Below are positions 1 to 12,711 of a stretch of 60,905 bases of DNA, piece after piece (position 1 is the stretch's first letter; each line of letters starts with the position of its first letter). The stretch is taken from the NCBI RefSeq assembly GCF_001194135.2, contig NC_068993.1, positions 14,399,473-14,460,377 of the forward strand. The letters are read 5' to 3'. A program made the translations under genes and the position numbers. The notes under the pieces were generated by a model, which was not told the DNA's origin, ran no database searches, and was given only the letters and a program-made list of their open reading frames with translations. The stretch is from Octopus bimaculoides (taxonomy: Eukaryota).

Positions 1-1112
1 GCATATATACACACATATATATTTATATGTGTGTATTGTTATATTTTACTTTATTTCCTTATTTGAAAATTAATTAACCATCAGGAATATAGAAGCTATT
101 TTTAATTACGGTATATTTCAAGGGAATATCTACGTATCTGATACGGAAGTATTTCTCTTAATTAAAATGAATTAAAGAGCTGACACGTCATCGCAATTTC
201 CATGGTACGCTTTCTTGATAATTAATTTAGACTCGTTTTCAGTTTGTGTTGTTGTTCCTTTTTTATTTTTGAAACTTAGTTAATTCATTTTCTTTTTTTT
301 TCCCCTTCTCGTTTATCAGCAAAATTAAATGTGTTGAATTAAAACACCGCAATGCCACATCGTTTGATTGATTTTCCTTTAATTTCCTTTTGAGTTCCTA
401 CGTAGTTCCTATCTATGAAGGCCACCATATGCTTTTACATACCTTTAGAACACATGTGAAATAGAATACGTCAAGATACGTTTGCACTGTTCCCAATTAC
501 AAATATCCATATATTGTATCTCACAATTTCTTGACATCTCTATGGAATGATCTAGAAAATGAAAACAAAATCCTGTTATTTGTCTCAACGAAAGCGTACG
601 TCTGTCTTCTTGGAAAACCACTATTAATGTTGAATATTACAACAACATTTTATTAACATCGTACTTCAAAATGTAAGAGAACCACAATACAAATATTTCA
701 GTTTCTCAACTTCTTCAGTATACAACTTTTCTGGCTATAATATGAATCGTAATTTGGAATATCAAAAGTATGAAATGATTTCGTGCAGCTTTTTAAATAT
801 ATTTCTTATAGTAATGCAGGGTAAATACGACATGGCCCGCATTGAAAGTATGGATATATATTATCGAGACGTCTTTACGCAATGAATGATTACACACTTG
901 GAATCAGTTTTAGATACATTTTTTTTTGCGTGATTTTCTGGTACAAATGTGTATGAGATCGTATTCCGTATATTATCAAAACAGAAAGATTTTCATCTAT
1001 AAACATTACGTTCTAAGTATAAATTGAAACACACATGAACACAATTACACCCACACCCACAAACACACGTACAGAATCCCTCGCGCTCACTTTATATATA
1101 CACACCTATGTA

Positions 1113-1147
<35 letters not shown>

Positions 1148-1412
1148 TAAAAGGGCAATTATAACAATATACCTACATGTAAAACATATTATACTTTACA
1201 TATATAATACATAAAATATAAAAATATCAGTAATTATTGTAAATCATACGTTATGCATGTATGTATATTGTTATTGTTCTTTTAGTAAATAAATAAATTG
1301 ACATAATATAATGTCTAAATGTTTATGAATACCAGCTATTGATCCCCTCCATTTTCTTCTTGCTCTCTTTCTCTCTATATATATGTGTGTGTGTGTGCGT
1401 GTTTGTGTGTGT

Positions 1413-1608
1413 GTGTCTGTGTCTGTGTTTGTCCCCCACCATCGCTTGACAACCGACCCTGGTGTGTTTACGTCAACGTAAACAAAGAGACTGATAGAAT
1501 AAGTGTTAGGATTACAAAGAATAAGTTCTGGGGTCGATTTGTTCGACTAAAGGCGGTGCTCTAGCATGGCCACAATCAAATGACTGAAACAAATAAAAGA
1601 ATAAAAGG
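1413..1608 (+). mobile_element. SINE family A, 3' half
   Basis: GTTTGTCCCCCACCATCGCTTGACAACCGA...GACTAAAGGCGGTGCT...CAAATGACTGAAACAAATAAAAGAATAAAAG aligns with the 3' half of the full copy at 50751-51170; preceded by (TG)n. Confidence 0.9.
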
Positions 1609-1645
1609 ATATATATATGCATACATATATGTATATGTATGTGTG

Positions 1646-1865
1646 TTATTTCTTTACTACCCACAAGGGGCTACACACAGAGGAGACAAACAAGGACAAA
1701 CAAACGGATTAAGTCGAAAAAACCGACCCCGGTGCGTAACTGGTACTTATTTAATGGACCCCGAAAGGATGATATGCAAAGTCGACCTCGGCGGAATTTG
1801 AACTCAGAACGTAACGTTAAGCATTTCGCCCGGCGTGCTAACGTTTCTGCCAGCTCGCCGCCTAT
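1646..1865 (-). mobile_element. tRNA-derived SINE family B (tail type 1), near full length
   Basis: Minus strand starts TAGGCGGCGAGCTGGCAGAAACGTTAGCACGCCGGGCGAAATGCTT and has B-box-like GAGTTCAAATTCC; head and core align with 44980-45196 and 19493-19695. Confidence 0.9.
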
Positions 1866-3062
1866 ACGTGTGTATGTATATGTGCGTGTCTGTGTGTATT
1901 TGCTGGCATTTTAAGACATTTACTTCGTAAAATTAATTCATTCATTCTCACAATGTCATCTATGTAGATATGTTTCACAAGTTGATAAATTAACAATGGC
2001 GACCAAATGTTATTTCGTATTCATTTCGCTTAGGACCATGAAGAAGAAAATACAAAATTATGAAATTGAACTTACTGCCTTATTAAACGTAAGGATATAA
2101 TTCAACAGTCTACTGATGGTCGCCCTTGTTTTCAGATGCACATATTAATTTATAGACGTCTTAAGGGGTTTTCATTTCAGTCAAAACCTATCCACTACAA
2201 TTTCTGCTGAATAATACCCCATTTATTTCCACTACACAGTAGATCATTATAAACACATACAATAGATTCACGCGATACATTTTTTCTCAATATCGTATGT
2301 TGTGCCAACCGTACACTTATGTATAACTACGCAATGATATATTCCGCTATCTTTTTTTCTTTCAATCTTAATGTACATATATATTTTTCCCCCTTTAAAA
2401 ACAAACTGAAATATAATTTGTAGGTTCTCCTCCCATTATATGTTCACTTCCATTGCTTACTTATGGGTATATCTAATTGGATAAATCTCAACGTGTGCCA
2501 TTGTATATAATGTTTCGTTGTGCTTTAGGGTGTTAAATTCGTAGTACTGACATCGATCCTCTGCATCTCACCACTAAACTGTTTTTAAATTGAATTTATT
2601 TTCAGTTTATTATATTAACAATAAACTTTACCACCAAGTGGCATATAATGGCTGTACATTTTCTTATATATTTTCAGTTTTACTCAAACTCTACCAACTT
2701 TGTTTCTAGTTCTCTTCTATTGTTCTACGTTACATATATTTCTTTCGATTTTTAGCATTGCACTACTTGCACTTGTTCTGATTCAACGTATCTAAATTCT
2801 TTTAAACTGAATTAAGAACTTGTTCACTTACACACTAATGCATTATGTTTGCCTCCCTACCAATCTATCTATCTGTCTATATCTATGTGTGTGTGTGTCT
2901 GTATGTGCGTGTTTGTGTATGTATATACATACATATATGTATGTATATATGTAGATATATGTGTATGTACATGTGTGTGCGTGTGTATTTGCTGGCATTT
3001 AAGACTTTACTTCGTAAAATGTATTTATTTCATTCTCACAAGGTCATTTATGTAGATATGTG

Positions 3063-3097
<35 letters not shown>

Positions 3098-3100
<3 letters not shown>

Positions 3101-3330
3101 AGATTTCACAAAAACAAAACAAAAGACGAAGATAGGTGATGTAGAAAACAAACAGCCGTATTAGTATAATGCTCGGGAATTGAAAAAGTCTTCAACGTTC
3201 CGAGCCTACGCTCGCTCTTCCACAGAAAGGAACATAGAAAGAAACAAGGAGAGAACAAAAATGTGTGTAGTCGCTAGCGGTCTATCATGGCGAATGCCGG
3301 GCAGAAGGGTCACACAGGCGAGCTATATAT
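3098..3330 (-). mobile_element. Short Penelope-terminal-repeat-like element between (TA)n tracts, with degenerate minimal hammerhead motif
   Basis: Homologous to 23098-23260 (CAAAAGACG[A/G]AGATAGGTG...GTATTAGT...GCTCTTC.ACAGAAAGGAA). Minus strand 3230-3188 reads CCTTT CTGTGGAA GAGC GAGC GTAG GCTC GGAAC GTT GAAGA. Confidence 0.6.
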
Positions 3331-3743
3331 ATATATACACGTAGATATGTAAATATATATACGAAGATACGTGTTTCTATGCCCTTAGTATATGAGTCTG
3401 ATCTTTATCACATATAAAGCAAATTGCGTTCTAATTTCGAGACAGACTCGCTCACCACACAGCCGGTTGATCGTCTCTGAACGTCAGTATATGACCCAAT
3501 TAGCCAAGTGAACAAAACCTACCTTGTGATGTCTAATCTTGCTTGCCCCACGAAACAAAGAAACTGAGCGTATTATGTTTTGGAACATGAAGTATAATAC
3601 GAAGCATTTATATTGATCATTTGTAAAAAAAATAAACGCACACAAAATAAATAAATATATATGTGTGTGTATGTGTGTATGTGCGTGTGTGTGTGTATAT
3701 GTGTGTGTGGGTTAGTTTATTACATGGTTAGTTTATTACATGC

Positions 3744-3848
3744 GGCTAGAGTAGAAGATACTTGGCCAAGATGCCAATTAGTGAAATTGAACCTGAACCC
3801 ACATGCTTGGGAAGCCAACTTCTTACCATACAGCTATGCCTTCGCGTA
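3744..3848 (-). mobile_element. SINE family A, degenerate 5' head
   Basis: GGCTAGAGTAGAAGATACTTGGCCAAGATGCCA...AACTTCTTACCATACAGC is a diverged reverse complement of the head at 50751-50850; compare the minus copy at 53518-53683. Confidence 0.75.
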
Positions 3849-4511
3849 CAAGCGTGTGCGTGCGTGAGCGTGTTATTTAATTTAGAATTGAAACTCTAAG
3901 AGTCCACTCACCATTTTAATGCTATTGTTAACGCGAATTAGAAAAGAAAACTATTTATACAAACAGATCAAATATGCTTACCTAAATAATGGATTATGTC
4001 GTGTAAAGGTTAACCAACGTAGATGGATTACTGTCAAAACTACGCCATATTCTGCACTTAATGACATGTTTATAAGGTGTGTACCTCCTACGCGGTAGTA
4101 TATGTCTCAGACGCACTTACCTTTACATTCCCTCTCGCAATCACGTTCCGCCATTTTCTCTATATTTCTGTCATATTAAACAAGAGTTTCATATAGAAAA
4201 TATATCTGTATTCGTATTCCGATTTCAAGTAAACGCTTGGAAGTATAGCAAACGCACCACTATTGCTGGTGCTGCTGCTGTGGTTGTTGCTGTGATTTGT
4301 GTCTATGCAAAAGAACAAGGCCGCAGTATTGAAATTGCCCTGTAAGAATGATAGATATTTGTTTCGAAATGTCATACATAGTTTCGCAGCGTGTGTGGCT
4401 ATAATTGGCAACGTCACGATGTGTGTGTATGTATGTATGTATGTATGTATGTATACATGCACACATATAGAAACATACATATATACATACACACACAAGT
4501 ATATATATATA

Positions 4512-4556
<45 letters not shown>

Positions 4557-5346
4557 NNNNNNNNNNNNNNNNNNNNNNNNNNNNNNNNNNNNNNNNNNNN
4601 NNNNNNNNNNNNNNNNNNNNNNNNNNNNNNNNNNNNNNNNNNNNNNNNNNNNNNNNNNNNNNNNNNNNNNNNNNNNNNNNNNNNNNNNNNNNNNNNNNNN
4701 NNNNNNNNNNNNNNNNNNNNNNNNNNNNNNNNNNNNNNNNNNNNNNNNNNNNNNNNNNNNNNNNNNNNNNNNNNNNNNNNNNNNNNNNNNNNNNNNNNNN
4801 NNNNNNNNNNNNNNNNNNNNNNNNNNNNNNNNNNNNNNNNNNNNNNNNNNNNNNNNNNNNNNNNNNNNNNNNNNNNNNNNNNNNNNNNNNNNNNNNNNNN
4901 NNNNNNNNNNNNNNNNNNNNNNNNNNNNNNNNNNNNNNNNNNNNNNNNNNNNNNNNNNNNNNNNNNNNNNNNNNNNNNNNNNNNNNNNNNNNNNNNNNNN
5001 NNNNNNNNNNNNNNNNNNNNNNNNNNNNNNNNNNNNNNNNNNNNNNNNNNNNNNNNNNNNNNNNNNNNNNNNNNNNNNNNNNNNNNNNNNNNNNNNNNNN
5101 NNNNNNNNNNNNNNNNNNNNNNNNNNNNNNNNNNNNNNNNNNNNNNNNNNNNNNNNNNNNNNNNNNNNNNNNNNNNNNNNNNNNNNNNNNNNNNNNNNNN
5201 NNNNNNNNNNNNNNNNNNNNNNNNNNNNNNNNNNNNNNNNNNNNNNNNNNNNNNNNNNNNNNNNNNNNNNNNNNNNNNNNNNNNNNNNNNNNNNNNNNNN
5301 NNNNNNNNNNNNNNNNNNNNNNNNNNNNNNNNNNNNNNNNNNNNNN

Positions 5347-5377
<31 letters not shown>

Positions 5378-7585
5378 TTGAATTTCAAATGAAAGAATTG
5401 AGGTTTAGAATGTAGGTGTTAAATGCAGTATCAAAAGCTTGTTTCAGAGTAACTCCTACGTAGTGTGTCTGCAGTGTCGGTTCGCCACTTATGGCTACCA
5501 GGAGTCATCAGTTATCTGGACGTTCGACTTCGGATCTTCGCTCTTAATTCCAAGGTGCGTGTATGTATTAATCTTCAAAAGAGTAATACACAAGATAGGG
5601 TGTAACAAGAAGCATTTATCTGTGCAACAATTGTTTCGGGGTCCTATTGCACTGATCCTTCGTGAGCGTGGTACGATTAAAGAACACAGTGCATAAGAAC
5701 CTCCTCAGGTTACATTAGATGCTTCACGAGATTTACATTTCGATTTCGCTTCAAGCTATATGTACATATATGTATGCATGTACATATGTATGTACGCACG
5801 TATGTATATATATATACATATATATATATGTACGCGCACAAACATATATATGCACGTACACATGCATACATATATATAAACGTATATATGGTGGGAAAAA
5901 GAGTACTCAAAAGCAGAGATAGAGTAATATGGTTTATTGAAAGCAGTATAAATATCACAAAATTGTTACTCAGTGTTTCACGCTCCCGTTTTTCGGAAGT
6001 TTTATTCAAACATTATACATATACTTATATATATNNNNNNNNNNNNNNNNNNNNNNNNNNNNNNNNNNNNNNNNNNNNNNNNNNNNNNNNNNNNNNNNNN
6101 NNNNNNNNNNNNNNNNNNNNNNNNNNNNNNNNNNNNNNNNNNNNNNNNNNNNNNNNNNNNNNNNNNNNNNNNNNNNNNNNNNNNNNNNNNNNNNNNNNNN
6201 NNNNNNNNNNNNNNNNNNNNNNNNNNNNNNNNNNNNNNNNNNNNNNNNNNNNNNNNNNNNNNNNNNNNNNNNNNNNNNNNNNNNNNNNNNNNNNNNNNNN
6301 NNNNNNNNNNNNNNNNNNNNNNNNNNNNNNNNNNNNNNNNNNNNNNNNNNNNNNNNNNNNNNNNNNNNNNNNNNNNNNNNNNNNNNNNNNNNNNNNNNNN
6401 NNNNNNNNNNNNNNNNNNNNNNNNNNNNNNNNNNNNNNNNNNNNNNNNNNNNNNNNNNNNNNNNNNNNTATATATCAAACGATACATTACTCGTAATGTA
6501 CACAGAACGAAAAAAACTGTTTCACTACTGATAATCTTTATGGCATTTACGAACAATGCCATCAGTACCCATTCATGTGAATGAAACTATTCCCGGTTTA
6601 ACTGGTTCTATTTTTGATAAACAATAAATTGAACAGCATTATTTGATAAACAATAGTCTTGATTTTATTTATTTTCGTTATATTTTAGCCTTTTTTTTTT
6701 CGTACAGTTTGCGTTAGTGGCTATATTTTTCTGTTTACGTTACTGCTTTCTTCTTTGTTTATATTACAGATTCTATTTTGATCATATATTTATTGTTATA
6801 TTGTACTATATCATAACATTCGATTTTGAAACTTGTGGACTGATACGCTGTACTATTATTTGTATATTGTTGTTCCTGTATTGTCTTGTGTCAAACCGTA
6901 TCGAGCACATACATCATCAATGGTTATTATATTCATAATAAACGTCTCTGTACGTTTAATACTACATTATATAATGAATCGTTTTTATTTTAAATATAAT
7001 GGTGACATTGCAGAAACTCAGTCTGCTAACAGTTCCAGCTGTTATTGGAAACCAGAAAGATGTTATGACAAATTCTACTAACAGCTTCTATACTGCAAAT
7101 ATAATTAATAAGGTAGATAGAGGATTTGTGATATTCTTTTATTAGTTCTGTAGATTGTAACATTTATTAGGATTCGGCATATTATTAGCTTAATATACCT
7201 ACTACAGGTGAACGCCTGTTCCGCTCCGTTTACGTTTATCATATTGTAACGCAGTGAATCTGTATACAGCAAACATAAAACCACTATAAGTCATCGGTTA
7301 AAAGAGATGTGTCTGATAAGATGTTTTACCAAGCGTTTCGTAACGATGATTTCAATATTTCAATGGAAGAATTACGAAACGAATCGTTTTCATTCTATTG
7401 TAGTAATGAATTATAATGTTATTACAATTGCAAGTGCTTCTACCACACTGTAACAGTCACCCTCACCCTCATGCACAATAAAGTACATACGCACATACAC
7501 ACACGCAAAAAATGAGGCAGCTTATAAAGGATAACAATTGTATACATACACACACACACGTGTATATATATATACATACAAACAT

Positions 7586-7618
<33 letters not shown>

Positions 7619-7733
7619 NNNNNNNNNNNNNNNNNNNNNNNNNNNNNNNNNNNNNNNNNNNNNNNNNNNNNNNNNNNNNNNNNNNNNNNNNNNNNNNNNN
7701 NNNNNNNNNNNNNNNNNNNNNNNNNNNNNNNNN

Positions 7734-7789
<56 letters not shown>

Positions 7790-8579
7790 TGCATGTGTAA
7801 GTATATCTAAAACATGAAAATATCACAAATAAAACACCTTTTAAGTTATTGAACACATATATCTGGAAAAATATATAAATGCATACGCCAATCTTTCTCC
7901 CACATACTCACACACGTAGACACATGGACCCCCCACATATATATATATATATATATATGCAATGGTGTGTATGGGTGGGGCTGGAGGTTCTACGTCCTTT
8001 GTATGCATCCATATGTAAAACTATATGTGCACCTATTCACCTACATTGTGTTTCGGAGATTTAATTTCTAGGTTCAACACCATGGTCATTCGTGACCGAA
8101 GGAAATCTTTATATGCATATCTACATACATGCATACGTACTTATTATTTTATTTGATATGCAGTATATGAATTAAACTAACTCAATCAAGCAAGTTTACA
8201 TTCAATAGGCATTTTCCATTGTTTCCTTGATAATTATGATAAGAAACTTAGACATTGATATATACGCATTTCATGTAAATATTCAGTTCTAAATCAATCT
8301 TAGCTGGTCTCCCAAAGATCCCACAACACAGATATATCTTTTGTTGCCCTCTTCAATTCAAAATCGCTCGGTGTACGGCATACGCTTTATAACATACCAA
8401 TACTGGAATGATTTGCATTCATCTTACACCGTATTTATTAGCATTGACATTATATACAAGGATGTCATTTTCATTGGGATTCTACTGTATGCATGTATTT
8501 ATAAATATACGTAAATACAGCCATTTATCCATCCATCCATCCATCTATACATAGATACATAGATGCATATATATATATG

Positions 8580-8617
<38 letters not shown>

Positions 8618-8894
8618 CACACACACATATAGATATATATTTATTTATGTATATACGTACTTACGTATGTATAATTGCAATGACACGAAGGAAAAAGAAT
8701 ACCTTACATGAAAATAAATATTTATTGCAATTCTCAAAACAAGTTGATGGATGTTAAAATAGATACAGTATCTAAAATATCTGTATACTGCCATTAATTA
8801 AGTTATGGATTTTGAATTATAGTGATTAGCGATGGTAGATACCTACGTAACATTTCCGTCATGACGTACCACAAATCTCCCGATGTAACACATA

Positions 8895-8926
<32 letters not shown>

Positions 8927-8942
8927 ATAATAATAATAACAA
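8895..8942. repeat. (AAT)n microsatellite
   Basis: Direct reading of the sequence. Confidence 0.9.
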
Positions 8943-9320
8943 TCTTCATGTATTCATACTACACTACCATAGAGGATTTGTAATTGGCTGTCAGAAATTA
9001 AGTATGTATTCCACCTAAGAGGCAAAATTCTGGATTACTCCATGTGAATATTGACAACGAACATATTATGATTTAAGAGATGCGCATGCAAGTTAAAGAG
9101 TAAAGTTTTATATTCAATTATAGCAGAACACACAAGTGAGATATCTTCAACAATAAAATGACGCATTTGGAAAGATAACCTGTCACAATTCACAAGCTGA
9201 CTTTTATCGGTAATCTCGTTTGTACAATGTTATAATATTGACTGTGTCTATTCTTCGTAGATGCGCCTACATACGAAAATTCATGCATATATAAACTTAG
9301 GCCTATACATATGCACATAC

Positions 9321-9351
<31 letters not shown>

Positions 9352-12300
9352 NNNNNNNNNNNNNNNNNNNNNNNNNNNNNNNNNNNNNNNNNNNNNNNNN
9401 NNNNNNNNNNNNNNNNNNNNNNNNNNNNNNNNNNNNNNNNNNNNNNNNNNNNNNNNNNNNNNNNNNNNNNNNNNNNNNNNNNNNNNNNNNNNNNNNNNNN
9501 NNNNNNNNNNNNNNNNNNNNNNNNNNNNNNNNNNNNNNNNNNNNNNNNNNNNNNNNNNNNNNNNNNNNNNNNNNNNNNNNNNNNNNNNNNNNNNNNNNNN
9601 NNNNNNNNNNNNNNNNNNNNNNNNNNNNNNNNNNNNNNNNNNNNNNNNNNNNNNNNNNNNNNNNNNNNNNNNNNNNNNNNNNNNNNNNNNNNNNNNNNNN
9701 NNNNNNNNNNNNNNNNNNNNNNNNNNNNNNNNNNNNNNNNNNNNNNNNNNNNNNNNNNNNNNNNNNNNNNNNNNNNNNNNNNNNNNNNNNNNNNNNNNNN
9801 NNNNNNNNNNNNNNNNNNNNNNNNNNNNNNNNNNNNNNNNNNNNNNNNNNNNNNNATAATAAGTACGAGGAATATTCATGTTTGTGTCAATTTCAGTATG
9901 CATCTAACATGTGTAGATTTTAAATATTGGGAGGTCGACATTCAGATGTAAAATAGGGAAGAAATGTGAAGAAGAAGATAATGAGTAGGAGAAAATTGAG
10001 AAGGATTACGAAAAGAACCCTGAGCTGCATATGAATAGACATAAGATGGTTTTCTTTGTTGGCCACAAGAATACTCGGAGCAACACAAGAACCGATATAC
10101 TGAATTGTAGAAATTTACTTCGAGTAAAAGATTAAAATATCAATGAATACCAATAATAATTAAAAAATGGTAAAATAAGAAGAAAATCTATTTCTTCAAC
10201 AAAGGTGGAAATATAAAGGGTTAATCAAGGATCAATAGATACTGGATTACACTGAGTATGAAGTGTTAGTGTATTTTACTAGATGTTTCCTGATTTTACT
10301 TGACGTTACTTTTCGGTCAACACTCGTATGCGGCTTAGAAATCCCTTTTATGTGTAAGTCATTCAACAAAATCACGTACACACCAAATTCACTGGGAGGG
10401 ATTAGGACTACACTAAATATGCGCAACGTCGTTTTTAAGTGAAAAATAAAGAAGGGTAATGAGATTTGAGCCTCCAGTACACTCCATGTTTAGATATAGT
10501 CATTAATCACATAACTAATAAAGGTGTATGTCCATTCAGACCCACAGAATTTGTCGGGAATAATCCAAGATTAGACAAGTCTGATAGCGGCTACTGTGTT
10601 GCTTGTTCTAAAACTGTTTAACAAACACCCCTATTTCTACAATACTCGGCCTCTGATCGACTGTGAGTATACTAAATTCAGTAGTTTTGTATATTAGAGG
10701 GGTAGGCATTTTTGAAAACGTTCCCGTACTTGTTGTTTGAAAGCTGCAAGACCTAATTTTAGTATTACCACTTCAAGAACGGGGTTTTTCGGAAAACAAT
10801 GATATACCTTAGGAAGAACATCTGAAATAGAGCAGCCAGTTATCTATTGTCAATGCCGTCAGTTTCGTCAACGGAGTCGTGGCTCTTTCTTACCGTTTGT
10901 TCGTTATAGTACGCTGCGTTAAAAAAAATACCTACCATATTACGCGACAGGTAGGCATCTGTGTGTTTGAAAATTGCTACATAACTGGCATCTAAACTTG
11001 CTTTTCGTTACAGATCTTCGAAGTATCAGCCTTAGCATATTTTGTATTCTGTGTTGATGAAACTTGAGATTTGATAGAACACTAGACTTGTGAAATGCGA
11101 CACTTCTACAACAATCACAAGAAAATGATTCTCAAGTTCGCCATAAATATCAGCAACGTACAGGATCGTTATCTGTACTAGAAATTTCAGGTAGAACTTC
11201 ATCAGTAACCATGTGTTTATGGACGGTACTGCATGCATCCTCGCCCAAGTTCCTGTACCCTGGATATCCGGACCAAAGTAGACACAGAGCAACTTACCCA
11301 TTGCCGTGTACCCATCATTTCTTCATATTATATTACATTAACATCGTGTACATCTGCCAATATGGCTTTTACTCCAATTTCAAAAATTTCATTTCAATAT
11401 CTCTTTCTACATGTATTGCAATCAGAAAAAGTGAGAGTGGATACATATCTGATAAGTGACCATTTAAACGGATCAATGTGCGGATGCTACTATACACAGG
11501 AAGGATCATGCTACTGAAAACGGGAAAAAAATATGCTTCACTTAAGACGAGCAACTACCGAACTGTATTGGAAACTGTCGATTGACCTAAATTTATCAGC
11601 GAACAATGAGAAAACGAGCCCTAGCTACCTTCTCTAAAATATATTACAAGTGGTAGGGATTTTCTAACGCATCTCCTAAGTATTCAAAATTTCAAGAGGT
11701 GTATGTTGAAACTTGTAGTATGCGAGAGCACAAAATATCTCGAATTAGAGTATGCATAGCTACATCAAGGGAAGTTATTTTCTTTCTCTTGACTTAGTTA
11801 AAAAAAAGGATCCCTATGTTAATAAAGATAATAATGATAAAAAAAGACAAAATTGGAATTCTTCGCAAAGCAGCCCTCTTTTTCTCCGAGCACCATGAAT
11901 GAATAAGTCTAAACTAAAACAACTGATTCTGGTGCCGGAGAGTAAGTATTTAGCATGCCTTAAATGACAACAACACTACATGGCTAAACAAAGAAATACT
12001 TTCTTCATTAACGTAAACATAAAGGTTGCAGCAGACCTTAAAAGAGTTTGCTGCAACATTTATTTTAAAAGTTTTAAAGTGGTAGATGCTATTTTATAGC
12101 TAAATATAATATTTACAATGTTTACTATATAAGGTGAGTTTTACGATTTTTCCAGAAATTCCTGTGCGATTTTTATTGATATTCCCACTACGTCATATTC
12201 GATGAAGTTGAGCGAGATTCCAGTCTAACTGTAAAGGGATTGAATATTGTAGGTGATGCACTTTTATCTCAAGGGGTTGCTGGACAACTAATTGTTAAAT

Positions 12301-12585
12301 AGTAAATTACCGCCTTAGAACTTCTAGATTTCGTAGGTAGGGAAATGATTACTTCACAGCATGCTACAATTCTTTCCTGCAAAAAGAAAAGAAGAAGAAA
12401 AAATTGAAGATGATAATGATGTTGTCTACACTGAAAAAAAATAAACAAAAAAAAAGCATCAATTCCTTAAAGAAACCCGCCATGAATATTATGATGTGAT
12501 CATGTCAGATTCCGCATCTGAAATCAGTAGCAAATATTTAGGCCTACACTGGTCATGAATAAATAAGTAAATAAGACAAGAAGAC

Positions 12586-12586
12586 A

Positions 12587-12678
<92 letters not shown>

Positions 12679-12680
12679 AC

Positions 12681-12711
<31 letters not shown>

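Noticed and set aside
463-885. Two consecutive stop-free plus frames of about 63 and 83 codons (NTSRYVCTVPNYKYP...; ...YNFSGYNMNRNLEYQKYEM...)
   Set aside because: Different frames, no recognisable motif, weak splice signals; compatible with chance, although a decayed coding sequence cannot be excluded.
5480-5512. Minus-strand CTGATGA followed by a small stem and GAAC
   Set aside because: No GAAA box in register and no NUH/stem I; not a hammerhead.
7950-8110. Possible 3' fragment of SINE family D (AATTTCTAGGT.CAA...CATGGTCATTCGTGACCGAAGG)
   Set aside because: Only a short stretch aligns with 60455-60480; plausible but too little in-window evidence to list as a feature.
12025-12057. 12-bp inverted repeat GTTGCAGCAGAC/GTTTGCTGCAAC with 9-nt loop
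   Set aside because: Isolated hairpin with no second copy in the window; probably part of an unclassified repeat.
12184-12303. Peptide HYVIFDEVERD resembling a Walker B motif
   Set aside because: Frame is only about 40 codons, bounded by stops, with no Walker A or other helicase motif nearby.
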